64,000 nt of DNA, from the NCBI GenBank assembly GCA_963805625.1, contig CAWDVE010000010.1:384001-448000 (forward strand), written 5' to 3'. The position numbers were made by a program, and so were the translations under genes. The notes under the pieces are model-generated. The model was given only the letters and a program-made list of their open reading frames with translations. It ran no database searches and was not told the DNA's origin. Origin of the DNA: an uncultured Candidatus Rokubacteria bacterium. GTDB lineage: Bacteria > Methylomirabilota > Methylomirabilia > Rokubacteriales > DASRDR01. Below, piece after piece: positions 10,077 to 19,799 of this stretch (positions within the stretch are counted from its first letter, which is position 1; each line of letters begins with the position of its first letter).

Positions 10077-10876
10077 GCCGGCGACCTCCCCGACACGCCG
10101 CCCGGCGGCGCCTGGCGGGCCCGCGCGCACGCGATCCGCAAGCCCTCCAGCGTCAGGTGTGGATTGACGACGTCGATCGCGCGCGCGAGGCCCTCCATGA
10201 GGCCGACGAGGCCACCCGTCGCCACGACCCTGGGCGTGCCCTCCATCTCGGCGCGCATCCGGGCGACCAGGCCGTCGACCAAACCAGCGTAGCCGTAGAC
10301 CATGCCCGACTGGATGTTGGTCACCGTGTTGCGGCCGATAGCGGTTGCCGGTCGGCTGAGGTCCACGCGGAACAGCCGGGCCGCCCGGGCGGTGAGCGCC
10401 TCGGCGGCCGTCGCGATCCCCGGCGCGATGGCGCCGCCGATGAACTCGCCCCCGGGCGACACGCACTCGAAGGTCGTCGCGGTGCCGAAGTCGATGATGA
10501 TGAGCGGCGGTCCGTACAGCTCCACGGCCCCCACGACCTTGACGACCCGGTCCGGGCCCACCTCGCGCGGGTAGTCGACGCGCATGGTGAGCGCCACGTT
10601 GACGCCAGGGTCCACGACGAAGGGCGAGAGGCCGAAATAGCGCTCGGCCATCTCCTCCATGGTCCGCTGGACGGCGGGCACCGTCGACGAGATGGCGACG
10701 TCGGTCACCTGCGCAGGCTCCAGACCGTGACTGCGGAGCATCGTGTGGGTGAAGACGCCGTACTCGTCGGCCGTCTGCTCGCGCCGGGTCGTGAGCCGCC
10801 ACGACGCGACGAGGCGCCGGTCGTCGTACACGCCCAGCTTGACGTTGGTGTTGCCGACGTCGACGGCCAGCAGCAT
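10073..10876 (-). CDS. coaX: Type III pantothenate kinase
   Basis: 'LAVDVGNTN', 'EVGPDR', 'IDFGTATT', 'GGAIAPG', 'ATGG', 'LTLEGL'. Confidence 0.96.
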   Translation of the reverse strand: MLLAVDVGNTNVKLGVYDDRRLVASWRLTTRREQTADEYGVFTHTMLRSHGLEPAQVTDVAISSTVPAVQRTMEEMAERYFGLSPFVVDPGVNVALTMRVDYPREVGPDRVVKVVGAVELYGPPLIIIDFGTATTFECVSPGGEFIGGAIAPGIATAAEALTARAARLFRVDLSRPATAIGRNTVTNIQSGMVYGYAGLVDGLVARMRAEMEGTPRVVATGGLVGLMEGLARAIDVVNPHLTLEGLRIACARARQAPPGGVSGRSPA

Positions 10877-11691
10877 CAGCGCATCCCCGCCCCTTCCCGC
10901 TCGGGGCGGCTTTCGGGGGGCGCGATCAGGCGCGCCAGACGCCCGTCGTCACGCCGGACAACGAGCTCCCCGCCCGGCCCGAGATCGACGGTCGTGCCCT
11001 CGCCATCGGGGAGCGGGACGCGGAGGCCGAGGAGGCCTCCCTGGCGCCAGGCGGCGCGAACCGGCTCGAAGCCCTCCTCGAGCAGCACGCCATACCAGCC
11101 GGTCAGGCGGAGGAGGAGCGCCGCCAGGAGCGTCTCGCGCGCGACGGAGGTGCCCAGGCTACCGAGCGAGCCAGCAGTGCCGGCGAGATTCGGCGGCCAG
11201 TCCGAGTCCCGCTGAGAGACGTTCACGCCGATGCCGAGGATCACCAGCGGCGAAGTGCCGGCCACTCCCTCGGCCAGGATGCCCGCCAGCTTCCGCCCGC
11301 CGACGAGCACGTCGTTCGGCCACTTGAGCGTCGCCGAGACCGGAGCCACGGTCTCCAGGCCTTCGGCCACCGCGCAGCCCGTCGCGAGCGGGATCTCAGG
11401 CCAGCGCGCCACCGGGAGGCGGGGCCGCAGAACCACCGAGAAGAGGAGAGCGGTTCCGCCGGGAGCGGTCCAGGGACGGCCGTGCCGGCCTCGCCCTGCG
11501 GTCTGGTAGTCGGCGAGGACCACGGCGCCCTCGGGCGCTCCCGTGGCCGCCCACGCGCGCGCCAGGGTCTGGGTCGACGCGAGGGAGCGGTACGCCCGGA
11601 GCGGCCCGGCCAGCCGACCGCCCGGCAGGCAGGGAGTGAACGCGCGCGTCAGTTCGGCGTCGAGTGGCGGCTCAGCGCCCGGCCAGGGCAT
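10876..11691 (-). CDS. birA: Biotin--[acetyl-CoA-carboxylase] ligase (no HTH)
   Basis: 'ASTQ', 'QTAGRGRHGRPW', 'KWPNDV..RKLAGIL', 'GIGVNV'; start uncertain (ATG 11691 with GGAG upstream, or GTG 11712). Confidence 0.92.
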   Translation of the reverse strand: MPWPGAEPPLDAELTRAFTPCLPGGRLAGPLRAYRSLASTQTLARAWAATGAPEGAVVLADYQTAGRGRHGRPWTAPGGTALLFSVVLRPRLPVARWPEIPLATGCAVAEGLETVAPVSATLKWPNDVLVGGRKLAGILAEGVAGTSPLVILGIGVNVSQRDSDWPPNLAGTAGSLGSLGTSVARETLLAALLLRLTGWYGVLLEEGFEPVRAAWRQGGLLGLRVPLPDGEGTTVDLGPGGELVVRRDDGRLARLIAPPESRPEREGAGMR

Positions 11692-14347
11692 CGAGACGCT
11701 CCAGGCCCTCACGGAGCTTCGCCCGGAGCGCGCGCTGCTCCACCCCTTTCACTTCCTCGCGGGCGACGACCTCCGCCGGAGCTCGCTGACGGAAGTCCTC
11801 CCGTGCGAGCTTGGCCTCGGTGCGGCCGAGGTCCTCCTCGACGCGCCGGAGCTCCCGGGAGAGCCGGCCCCGCTCGGCCTCGACGTCCACCAGGCCCTCC
11901 ATGGGCACGTAGACCTCGCAGCCGTCCGCGATGGCGAGGAGGGAGTGCGGTGGACGGGTCGCCGAGGGATCGACCTGGATCTCGGCGCGGGTGAGCGCCG
12001 CGACCGCTGCCGCCGTCTCCAGGAGGCTCGCCGCCACGGTTCCGGCGGGCGGCCGGACGATGGCCGTCAGCGTCCGCGATGGAGGGATCTGGAGCTCGCT
12101 CCTGAGGTTTCGCACGGCGCTGATGACCGCCATGATCGGTGCCATGGCCGCCTCGGCCGCGGGGTCGAGGTCGCGGCGACGGACCCGCGGGAAGCGGGCG
12201 ATCATGATGCTGGCCGGCGCCCCCCTGCCCTTGGGGAACCGCTGCCAGATCTCCTCGGTGATGAAGGGCATGAAGGGATGGAGCAGGCGGAGCGTCGTCT
12301 CCAGGACCTCGACGAGGGTCGCCTGCGTGCGCACACGCGCCGCGGGGTCGTCCCCCCGGTAGAGCGTCAGCTTGGACCACTCGAGATACCAGTCACAGAA
12401 CTCGTGCCAGAGGAACTGGTAGATGGCTCCCGCGGCTTCGTTGAAGCGATAGGCGGCCAGGGACTTCCGGGCGGTGCCGACGGTCCGCACGAGACGGCTG
12501 CGGATCCAACGCTCGGCCAGGGGGGCCGGAGCCTTCCGCGCGAGTGTGGGGCGGTACCCTTCCAGGTTGGAGAGAACGAAGCGCGCGGCGTTCCAGAGCT
12601 TGTTCGCGAAGTTGCGGTAGCCCTCGATGCGCTCGCTGGAGAGCCGGATGTCCCGCCCCTGGGCGGCGAGGGCCGCCAGCGTGAACCGGAGCGCGTCCGT
12701 CCCGTAGCGCTCCATCACCTCGAGGGGGTCGACGACGTTACCCTTCGACTTCGACATCTTCTGGCCCTCGGCGTCGCGCACGAGGGCATGAATGTACACG
12801 TCCCGGAACGGCACCTCTCCCATGAAGTGGAGGCCCGTCATCATCATCTTGGCGACCCAGAAGAAGAGGATGTCGAAGCCCGTCACGAGACAGGCGGTGG
12901 GGTAGAACGTCTTGAGCTCCGGCGTGTCGCGCGGCCAGCCGAGGGTCGAGAAGGGCCACAGCCCCGACGAGAACCACGTGTCGAGAACGTCCTCGTCCCG
13001 GCGGAGCGGGCCGTGGCAGCTCGGGCATTCGGCCAGGTCTTCGCGCGACACGTGGATCGACCCTTCCGCGTCGCAGTACCAGACCGGAAGCCGGTGCCCC
13101 CACCAGAGCTGGCGGGAGATGCACCAGTCCCGGATGTTGTCGAGCCACCAGTAGTAGGTCTTCAGCCAGGTCCGCGGCACGATTCGCGTGCGGCCATCGC
13201 GGACCGCCTTGGCGGCGCGCTCGGCGAGCGGCTTCATACGGACGTACCACTGCTTGGAGACCAGCGGCTCGACCACGGTCTTGCAGCGGTAGCAGGTGCC
13301 GACCCGGTGCTGGTACGGCTCGACCTTCTCGATGAGCCCGAGGGCGGTCATGTCCTCGACGATGCGCTGCCGTGCCTCGAAGCGGTCGAGCCCCGCGTAC
13401 TTCCCTGCGCGCTGGTTCATCTTCCCGTCGAAGCCGATGACCTGCCGGACTTCCAGGCCGTGGCGCCGCCCGATCTCGAAGTCCGTCGGATCGTGCGCGG
13501 GCGTGACCTTGATGACTCCCGTGCCGAACTTCGGGTCGACGGCAGCATCGGCGACGACCTTCATCCGGATCGTCCCGTCGACCGACGGGATCTCGAGCTC
13601 CTTCCCCACGTGCTTTGCGTAGCGACGGTCCTTAGGGTTGACGGCCAGCGCGGTGTCGCCGAGCTTCGTCTCCGGACGCACGGTTGCCAGCGAGAGCGGC
13701 CCGTACTTGATGTAGTAGAGCTCGGCGGCCCGCTCCTCGTACTCCACCTCGATGTCGGACAGGACCGTCTGGCAGCGGAGGCACCAGTTCACGATGTACT
13801 CGCCCTGGTAGATCAGGCCCTCCTCCCAGAGCCGCACGAACACTTCCCGGACGGCCGCCGAGAGGCCGGGGTCCATCGTGAAGCGCTCGCGCTCCCAGTC
13901 GCAGGAGGCCCCGAGTCGCTTCAGCTGCCGGATGATCGTGCCGCCCGACTCCTCCTTCCACTTCCACACGCGCTGGACGAACGCGTCCCGCCCGAGCGCC
14001 TGGCGGGTCGTGCCCTCGGCCGCCAGCTGCCGCTCCACGACCACCTGCGTCGCGATGCCGGCGTGATCCATCCCCGGCTGCCAGAGGACGTTGAACCCCT
14101 CCATCCGCTTCCAGCGCACCAGGATGTCCTGGAGCGTGTTGTTCAGCGCGTGACCGATGTGGAGAGAGCCGGTGACGTTCGGCGGCGGGATGACGATGCA
14201 GTACGGCTTCGCCTTGGAGAATGGATCCGCCCGGAAGTAACCGCGCTCCTCCCACACGCCATACCAGGTGTCCTCGGCCTGGCGGGGGTCGTAGCGATCC
14301 GCGAGCGGCGCCGGCGGGCGCGCAGGGGGCTTCGGGTCGTCCGACAC
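11672..14347 (-). CDS. valS: Valine--tRNA ligase
   Basis: 'PPPNVTGSLHIGH', 'DWCISRQLWWGH', 'DTWFSSGLWP', KMSKS, C-terminal coiled coil; start GTG 14347 (or ATG 14356). Confidence 0.98.
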   Translation of the reverse strand: MSDDPKPPARPPAPLADRYDPRQAEDTWYGVWEERGYFRADPFSKAKPYCIVIPPPNVTGSLHIGHALNNTLQDILVRWKRMEGFNVLWQPGMDHAGIATQVVVERQLAAEGTTRQALGRDAFVQRVWKWKEESGGTIIRQLKRLGASCDWERERFTMDPGLSAAVREVFVRLWEEGLIYQGEYIVNWCLRCQTVLSDIEVEYEERAAELYYIKYGPLSLATVRPETKLGDTALAVNPKDRRYAKHVGKELEIPSVDGTIRMKVVADAAVDPKFGTGVIKVTPAHDPTDFEIGRRHGLEVRQVIGFDGKMNQRAGKYAGLDRFEARQRIVEDMTALGLIEKVEPYQHRVGTCYRCKTVVEPLVSKQWYVRMKPLAERAAKAVRDGRTRIVPRTWLKTYYWWLDNIRDWCISRQLWWGHRLPVWYCDAEGSIHVSREDLAECPSCHGPLRRDEDVLDTWFSSGLWPFSTLGWPRDTPELKTFYPTACLVTGFDILFFWVAKMMMTGLHFMGEVPFRDVYIHALVRDAEGQKMSKSKGNVVDPLEVMERYGTDALRFTLAALAAQGRDIRLSSERIEGYRNFANKLWNAARFVLSNLEGYRPTLARKAPAPLAERWIRSRLVRTVGTARKSLAAYRFNEAAGAIYQFLWHEFCDWYLEWSKLTLYRGDDPAARVRTQATLVEVLETTLRLLHPFMPFITEEIWQRFPKGRGAPASIMIARFPRVRRRDLDPAAEAAMAPIMAVISAVRNLRSELQIPPSRTLTAIVRPPAGTVAASLLETAAAVAALTRAEIQVDPSATRPPHSLLAIADGCEVYVPMEGLVDVEAERGRLSRELRRVEEDLGRTEAKLAREDFRQRAPAEVVAREEVKGVEQRALRAKLREGLERLDALAGR

Positions 14348-14354
14348 AGCGGTC

Positions 14355-14405
14355 ATCTTAGCATCGGCTCCCGTCGTTTACACCTCACGAGGGCTCCCGT
14401 AGAAT
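14355..14405. promoter_or_regulatory. Overlapping divergent promoters for valS and lptFG
   Basis: Plus strand TTTACA (14377-82), N17, TAGAAT (14400-05); minus strand extended -10 TGcTAAGAT (14363-14355). Confidence 0.6.
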
Positions 14406-14424
14406 GACCGTGAAAGCAGGGGCC

Positions 14425-16980
14425 GTGAGAACCCTCGACCGCTATATCTGGAAGGAGCTCGTCACCCCGTTCTGCCTCGGTTTGCTCGTCTTCACGTTCC
14501 TGCTGCTGATCGACCGGATCTTCGACCTCACCGACCTGATCATCAACAAGGGCGTTCCCGTCCCTCTCGTCCTCATGATGCTCGTGTACATCTCCCCTGC
14601 CATCCTGGTTCTGACCATCCCCATCGGGTTCCTGCTCGCGATCCTGGTGGCCTTCGGGCGTCTCTCCGCCGACATGGAGATCGTGGCGCTGAAAGCGTGC
14701 GGGGTGAGCCCGCTCCGCCTCCTCCGGCCCGTCATGGTCTTCGGGGTCGGCGTGACGGCCATGACCGCGTACCTGATGATCGACGCCGTCCCGAAGAGCA
14801 ACTACGCCTTCAAGTCGCTTGTGTTCGAGATCGTCCGGACACAGGCGACCGTGGGGTTGAAGGAGCGAGTGTTCAACGACACCTTCGGGAACTTTGTCAT
14901 CTACGTCGACGAGATCGCGACTGACCAGGTGGCGCTCCGGAACGTGTTCGTATCGGACGAGCGGAAACCCAACGAGCAGCGCTTCATCACGGCTCGGGAG
15001 GGCCGGCTCCTCTCGGACGAGGTGAACCGGCGGGTCACCCTCCGGCTACTCGACGGCGCGATCCACGAGACCAGCCCCAGCGCGCTCCAGAAGTACCGGG
15101 AGGTGCGCTTCCGCCTCTACGACATCACGCTCGTGCTGGAGAATCCCCTGCTCAAGCAGGGGGGCACGCCCAAGGGCGACCGCGAGATGAGCCTCGCGGA
15201 GCTGCGGCAGGCAACGCAGAAGGCGGTCGACCTCAAAGGCAACCCGAACCCGTATCTGGTCGAGATCCACAAGAAGTTCGCGATCCCGGCGGCGTGTTTC
15301 GTCTTCAGCGTCCTGGGCGTCCCACTGGGCATCCGTGCCCACCGGGGCGGCCGCTGGGGTTCTTTCGTGGCGCTCTTGCCCATCGTGCTCTTCTACTACT
15401 TCGGCCTGACCCTCGGCGAGAACATCGGCGACTATGGACGGATCCCGCCCTGGCTGGCGATGTGGGCACCCAACATCATCGTGGGCACCCTCGCGCTCTA
15501 TCTGCTGCGCGTAAGCCTCAAGGAACGACCGATTCCCCTGGTGGCGCTGATCCGGCGTGGGTTCTGGGCGAGCGTCGCGGCGAGCCAGGCGAGCCGACGG
15601 CCCGTCCGACAGGGCGCGGAGTCCGGCAGAGCCGCTGCGACCGGACGTCGGTTGCCGCGCCGGCGTGGGTTGGCGGCCACACCTGCCCGCCAGCGTGAGG
15701 CGGCTCGCGTGCGCACCGGCGACTGGCGAAGCCCGCTAGTCTACGGGTTCATCATCTACGCTGCCGCCATCGTCATTCTGGGTTTCGTACTGCAAACCCG
15801 CATCGATTTGTCGATGCCGGCGCTGCTCATCGCTCTGGTCGTGGCTCTTCTGCTATTTTGGCTGGTTGTGTGGCTATTCCTCGGGGTGGTGAACCGGTAC
15901 ATCAGCCGTCAGTTCTTGATTTTGTTCTGCTATGGCATTGCGCTCGCGAGCGTGGTGGTAATCGTGGGCGACCTGATGACCACGCTGGAGCGGTACATTC
16001 GACTGAAGCCAGGCATAGGGTTGATTCTCATGCATTTCGTCTACCGGACGCCGCCGTTCGTCTACCAGGGACTGCACCTCGTGATGCTGATGTCAGCGAT
16101 TCTCCTGTTCGTGGGCCTCTCGCGGAGCAACGAGCTCACGGCGCTCAAGGCTGGTGGAGTGAGTCTCTTTCGCGTCAGCCTGCCGGTCTTCGGGCTTGCG
16201 GTGCTGATCTCAGTGACGTCGCTGGGATTCCAGGAATACATGATGCCGTGGTTGAACCGGCGTGCCGTGGAGATCGATGAGGCCAAGATCAAGCGTCGGA
16301 CAATGCCCGAGCTCCGAAAACGCACGGAGATCTGGTACCGCGGACGCGAAGATGGTGCGGCCGAGAGCCGCATTTACCACATCGGGCTCCTCGATCCCGG
16401 TAGTCAGCAGATGAACAACGTCACAGTGCTGTCGCTCGGGTCCGACTTCACCATGCGGCGGCGCTGGGACGCACGGGACATGCGGTGGGTTGCCTCGGAG
16501 GACTCCTGGCGCCTGGGCACGGGTGTCCGGCGCGAGTTCCGATCGGGTCAGCCCGACCGGGCGGAGCCCTTCAAGGAGCAGAGCGTCAAGCTCCCCGAAC
16601 GATACCAGGACTTCGCCCAGGTGCCCCGGGCGCCCGACGTTATGAGCTACAAGGAGCTGAAGGAGTACATCGACCGCCTCGTGGACGCCGGGCACAAGGT
16701 CGCGAAGTACATCGTCGACCTCCACTCGAAGATCGCCTTTCCGCTCGCCCACCCGATCATGGTGCTCGTGGGCATTCCCTTTGCCCTCCAGTCCCCCCGC
16801 GGGGGGAGGGTCATCGGCATCGCGCTGTGCCTGGCGCTCGGACTCGGGTACTTCATCGTCCACTCGGCGGCGGTGGCCCTCGCCCGGTCGGAGATCCTCC
16901 CACCGCTGATCGCGGCCTGGTCGGCGAATGCGCTGTTCGCCACGCTCGGGCTGTACCTGTATCTCCGCGCGCGAACCTGA
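14425..16980 (+). CDS. lptFG: Fused LptF-LptG LPS export ABC transporter permease
   Basis: Two tandem YjgP/YjgQ domains in one ORF: 'TLDRYIWKE..GRLSADMEIVALKACGVS..EIHKKFAIP' and 'VNRYISRQF..SRSNELTALKAGGVS..DLHSKIAFP'; start GTG 14425. Confidence 0.92.
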   Translation: MRTLDRYIWKELVTPFCLGLLVFTFLLLIDRIFDLTDLIINKGVPVPLVLMMLVYISPAILVLTIPIGFLLAILVAFGRLSADMEIVALKACGVSPLRLLRPVMVFGVGVTAMTAYLMIDAVPKSNYAFKSLVFEIVRTQATVGLKERVFNDTFGNFVIYVDEIATDQVALRNVFVSDERKPNEQRFITAREGRLLSDEVNRRVTLRLLDGAIHETSPSALQKYREVRFRLYDITLVLENPLLKQGGTPKGDREMSLAELRQATQKAVDLKGNPNPYLVEIHKKFAIPAACFVFSVLGVPLGIRAHRGGRWGSFVALLPIVLFYYFGLTLGENIGDYGRIPPWLAMWAPNIIVGTLALYLLRVSLKERPIPLVALIRRGFWASVAASQASRRPVRQGAESGRAAATGRRLPRRRGLAATPARQREAARVRTGDWRSPLVYGFIIYAAAIVILGFVLQTRIDLSMPALLIALVVALLLFWLVVWLFLGVVNRYISRQFLILFCYGIALASVVVIVGDLMTTLERYIRLKPGIGLILMHFVYRTPPFVYQGLHLVMLMSAILLFVGLSRSNELTALKAGGVSLFRVSLPVFGLAVLISVTSLGFQEYMMPWLNRRAVEIDEAKIKRRTMPELRKRTEIWYRGREDGAAESRIYHIGLLDPGSQQMNNVTVLSLGSDFTMRRRWDARDMRWVASEDSWRLGTGVRREFRSGQPDRAEPFKEQSVKLPERYQDFAQVPRAPDVMSYKELKEYIDRLVDAGHKVAKYIVDLHSKIAFPLAHPIMVLVGIPFALQSPRGGRVIGIALCLALGLGYFIVHSAAVALARSEILPPLIAAWSANALFATLGLYLYLRART

Positions 16981-17072
16981 GCGGCGGGCAGGACGGACCG
17001 GGTCGCGTCGCGCATCCGTCTCGTATCCGGGGATCGGGCGCGACTTGCCGGAGGGCGTGCGCGATCGGGGCG

Positions 17073-19799
17073 CTAGCGGGGACCGCGCTCGCGCAGGGCC
17101 CGCAGGGCGTCCTCGAGCCGGCGCTGGGCTTCCCCGTAGGCGCTCCAGTCCCCCCGGCGGAGTGCGTCCTGGCCACGGGTCCACGCCTCCCAGGCGCGGC
17201 CGACCTGGCCGATGACGCCCTCGCCCATGGCCTCGCTCGACCCGGCCGCCGCCGGGCGGCTCGCCGGCGCCCCGGGCTGGCCCCCGAAGATCGACTGAAG
17301 GGCGGCGTCGAGCGTCTCGGCCATCGCGATCTGGTTGCCGTGAGCGACGATCACCCGCTTGAGCTCCGGGATCGAGCCCTTCTCCGCCGCCAGGTAGAGG
17401 GGCTGAACGTAGAGCAGCGACTCCTCCACCGGGATCGCCAGGAGGCTCCCACGGATTACCGTCGAGCCCCGCTGGCTCCACAGGGTGAGCTGCTGGGAGA
17501 TGACGGCGTCCTGGTCGATCCGCGCCCCGATCTGCCGGGGTCCGAAGACGAGGCGCTGCTTGGGGAACAGGAACGCCACCAGGCGCCCGTAGGCCGCCCC
17601 GTCGGAGCGGGCGGCGAGCCAGGCGATCATGTTGTCGCGGCGGAGTGGCGTGAAGGGCATCAGCAGGACGAACTCCTCGCGTGATTCACCGGGGATGCGC
17701 ATGATCGTGTAGTAGGGGTCGATCTCACGGTCGCGACCGCCCTCAGCCATGCGCGGCACCGACCAGAGGTCCTCCTTGTTGTAGAAAACCCGTGGATCCT
17801 GCATGTGGTACGTGGCGTACATCCGCGCCTGCACCGCAAAGAACCCCGCAGGGTACCGGACGTGCGCCCGGAGATCGGCTGGCATCGCCTCGATCGGCTC
17901 GAGGAGACCCGGGAACGTGGCCACGTAGGCGCGCACGAGCGGATCCTGCGCGTCCGAGACGTAGAAGCGCACGCTCCCGTCGTAGGCGTCGACGACCACC
18001 TTGACGGCATTCCGGACGTAGTTGCCGAGTCCGGGGACGCGCTCGGCGTACGGATATCGGTCGGTGGCGGTGTAGCCGTCGAGCAGCCAGGCGAGGCGAC
18101 CGTCCGCGCGGATCACGAGGTAGGGATCGGTGTCGAAGCGGAAGAATGGGGCGATCCGGCGCACGCGCTCGCCGATCTGGCGGTGGAACAGCACCCGGCT
18201 ATCGGACGTGATCTCGGGGCTCAGGAGGATGCGGTAGGAGCCGAACCGGATCGACAGGACGAGCCGCCGCCAGAGGGAGCCCACCTGGACCCCGCCCTGC
18301 CCTTGGTAGGTCGTGTAGACGTTCTCGTCGCCGGAGGGATAGTCGATCTCCTGGGAGCGCGTCCGGACGAACACGTATTCGTTCGAGGCCTCGCCGTAGT
18401 AGATCTCCGGTCGGGTAATGCGGAGCGAGGCCTTTGCGGCCGCGGGCGGGATGTCCTTGACGTAGAGCTCAGGTAGCCCGTCGGTGGTGATGCGGTTGAC
18501 GGGCCCCACGACCGCGCCATACCCGTGCGTGTACTGGAGGTGCTCGTTGATCCACAAGAGGTCGGCGTCCCGGCCTTGGACGTCGCGCGGGAGGTTCTGA
18601 TACGAGAGCTCGCGGGCCGACAGCATCACCTGCCGGTACTCCCCGTCGATGACGTAGCGGTCGTTGTCGACGTCGGCGAACCGGTAGTAGGTCCGGATCT
18701 CCTGCAGCTGCGCAAAGGTGAGGAGGAGCGGCGCGTGGTCCCAGAGGCGCACGTTCCTGAGCGTTGGCGCGTTGCGAGCCAGGTCGGCCTGGGTCAGTGT
18801 CTCCCGGGCCGGGAAGTCGCGCTCCTCGATGCGATCGAGGGCGAACGCCCGCCGCGTCAGGTGGATGTGATGGGCGATGTAGGGGCTCTCCGCCACCAGG
18901 GCGTTCGGGGCGACGCGCAGGCGCTGCACCAGCGTCGGGAACACCCAGAGGCCACCGATCCACCCGGCGGCTAGCACGACGAGGCCGGCCAGGACGGGGC
19001 GGGTGCTGCGTCGGAAGACCTGGGCGAGCGCGGTGAGCCCGCAGAGCATCGCGAGGGCGGCCAGCCACCCGAGCGCCGGCAGCGTCGCGTGCACGTCCGT
19101 GTAGGTCGCGCCGAGGACGGCCCCACGCTGCGAGTACAGGAGATCGTAGCGGTCGAGCCAGAAATCGGCTGCCTTGGCGAAGAGGAGGAGCGCCAGCAGC
19201 CCCAGGAGGTGCGCCCGCGCCCGGGCGGTGATCACCGGGCCTCGCGCCGTCAGGACGAGGACGCGGCCCAGGAAGTAGACGAGGGCCGTCACGGCCAGAG
19301 CGAGCAGGAGTATTCCGAAGATCCAGGTGAGCGCTCGCTGCCACAGCGGGAGCTGGAACACGTAGAAGGCGACGTCCTGCTGGAACAGCGGGTCCAGCAC
19401 CCCGAATGGCTGGGCGTTCCGGTAGAGCAGGGCCGCCTGCCATTCGGAGCTGGCGGACAGCCCCACCAGGATGGACAGGGTGGCGGTCACCGGCGTGATC
19501 AGCCGCTGGAGCAGCGGCTCCAGTACCACCCGGCTGGGCAGCCCGAGGGGCTCCTCGAGCTCCCAGAACACGTCCGGCGGCCGCGCGCGGACGGCGACGC
19601 GCAGGTTCAGGATGAGGAACAGGAAGGTCAGGAGCCCGACTCCGATCAGGATGCTGCCGCGTGTCGCGGCGATTCGCAGGAAGACGGCCAGGTAGCCGAC
19701 CTCCTCGAACCAGAGCCAGTCGGTGTAGAAGGGCACGGCCTCGAAGGCCAGGACGGCTGCCACCCCGATCAGGACCAGGAGCAGGGCCCGCCTGGTCAG
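17073..19799 (-). CDS. UPF0182 family membrane protein
   Basis: 'YTDWLWFEEVGY', 'DPLFQQDVAFYVFQLP', 'GATYTDVHA', 'NVRLWD', 'QLQEIRTYY', 'YTHGYG', 'NYVRNAVK'; probable CTG start at 19799. Confidence 0.93.
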   Translation of the reverse strand: MTRRALLLVLIGVAAVLAFEAVPFYTDWLWFEEVGYLAVFLRIAATRGSILIGVGLLTFLFLILNLRVAVRARPPDVFWELEEPLGLPSRVVLEPLLQRLITPVTATLSILVGLSASSEWQAALLYRNAQPFGVLDPLFQQDVAFYVFQLPLWQRALTWIFGILLLALAVTALVYFLGRVLVLTARGPVITARARAHLLGLLALLLFAKAADFWLDRYDLLYSQRGAVLGATYTDVHATLPALGWLAALAMLCGLTALAQVFRRSTRPVLAGLVVLAAGWIGGLWVFPTLVQRLRVAPNALVAESPYIAHHIHLTRRAFALDRIEERDFPARETLTQADLARNAPTLRNVRLWDHAPLLLTFAQLQEIRTYYRFADVDNDRYVIDGEYRQVMLSARELSYQNLPRDVQGRDADLLWINEHLQYTHGYGAVVGPVNRITTDGLPELYVKDIPPAAAKASLRITRPEIYYGEASNEYVFVRTRSQEIDYPSGDENVYTTYQGQGGVQVGSLWRRLVLSIRFGSYRILLSPEITSDSRVLFHRQIGERVRRIAPFFRFDTDPYLVIRADGRLAWLLDGYTATDRYPYAERVPGLGNYVRNAVKVVVDAYDGSVRFYVSDAQDPLVRAYVATFPGLLEPIEAMPADLRAHVRYPAGFFAVQARMYATYHMQDPRVFYNKEDLWSVPRMAEGGRDREIDPYYTIMRIPGESREEFVLLMPFTPLRRDNMIAWLAARSDGAAYGRLVAFLFPKQRLVFGPRQIGARIDQDAVISQQLTLWSQRGSTVIRGSLLAIPVEESLLYVQPLYLAAEKGSIPELKRVIVAHGNQIAMAETLDAALQSIFGGQPGAPASRPAAAGSSEAMGEGVIGQVGRAWEAWTRGQDALRRGDWSAYGEAQRRLEDALRALRERGPR

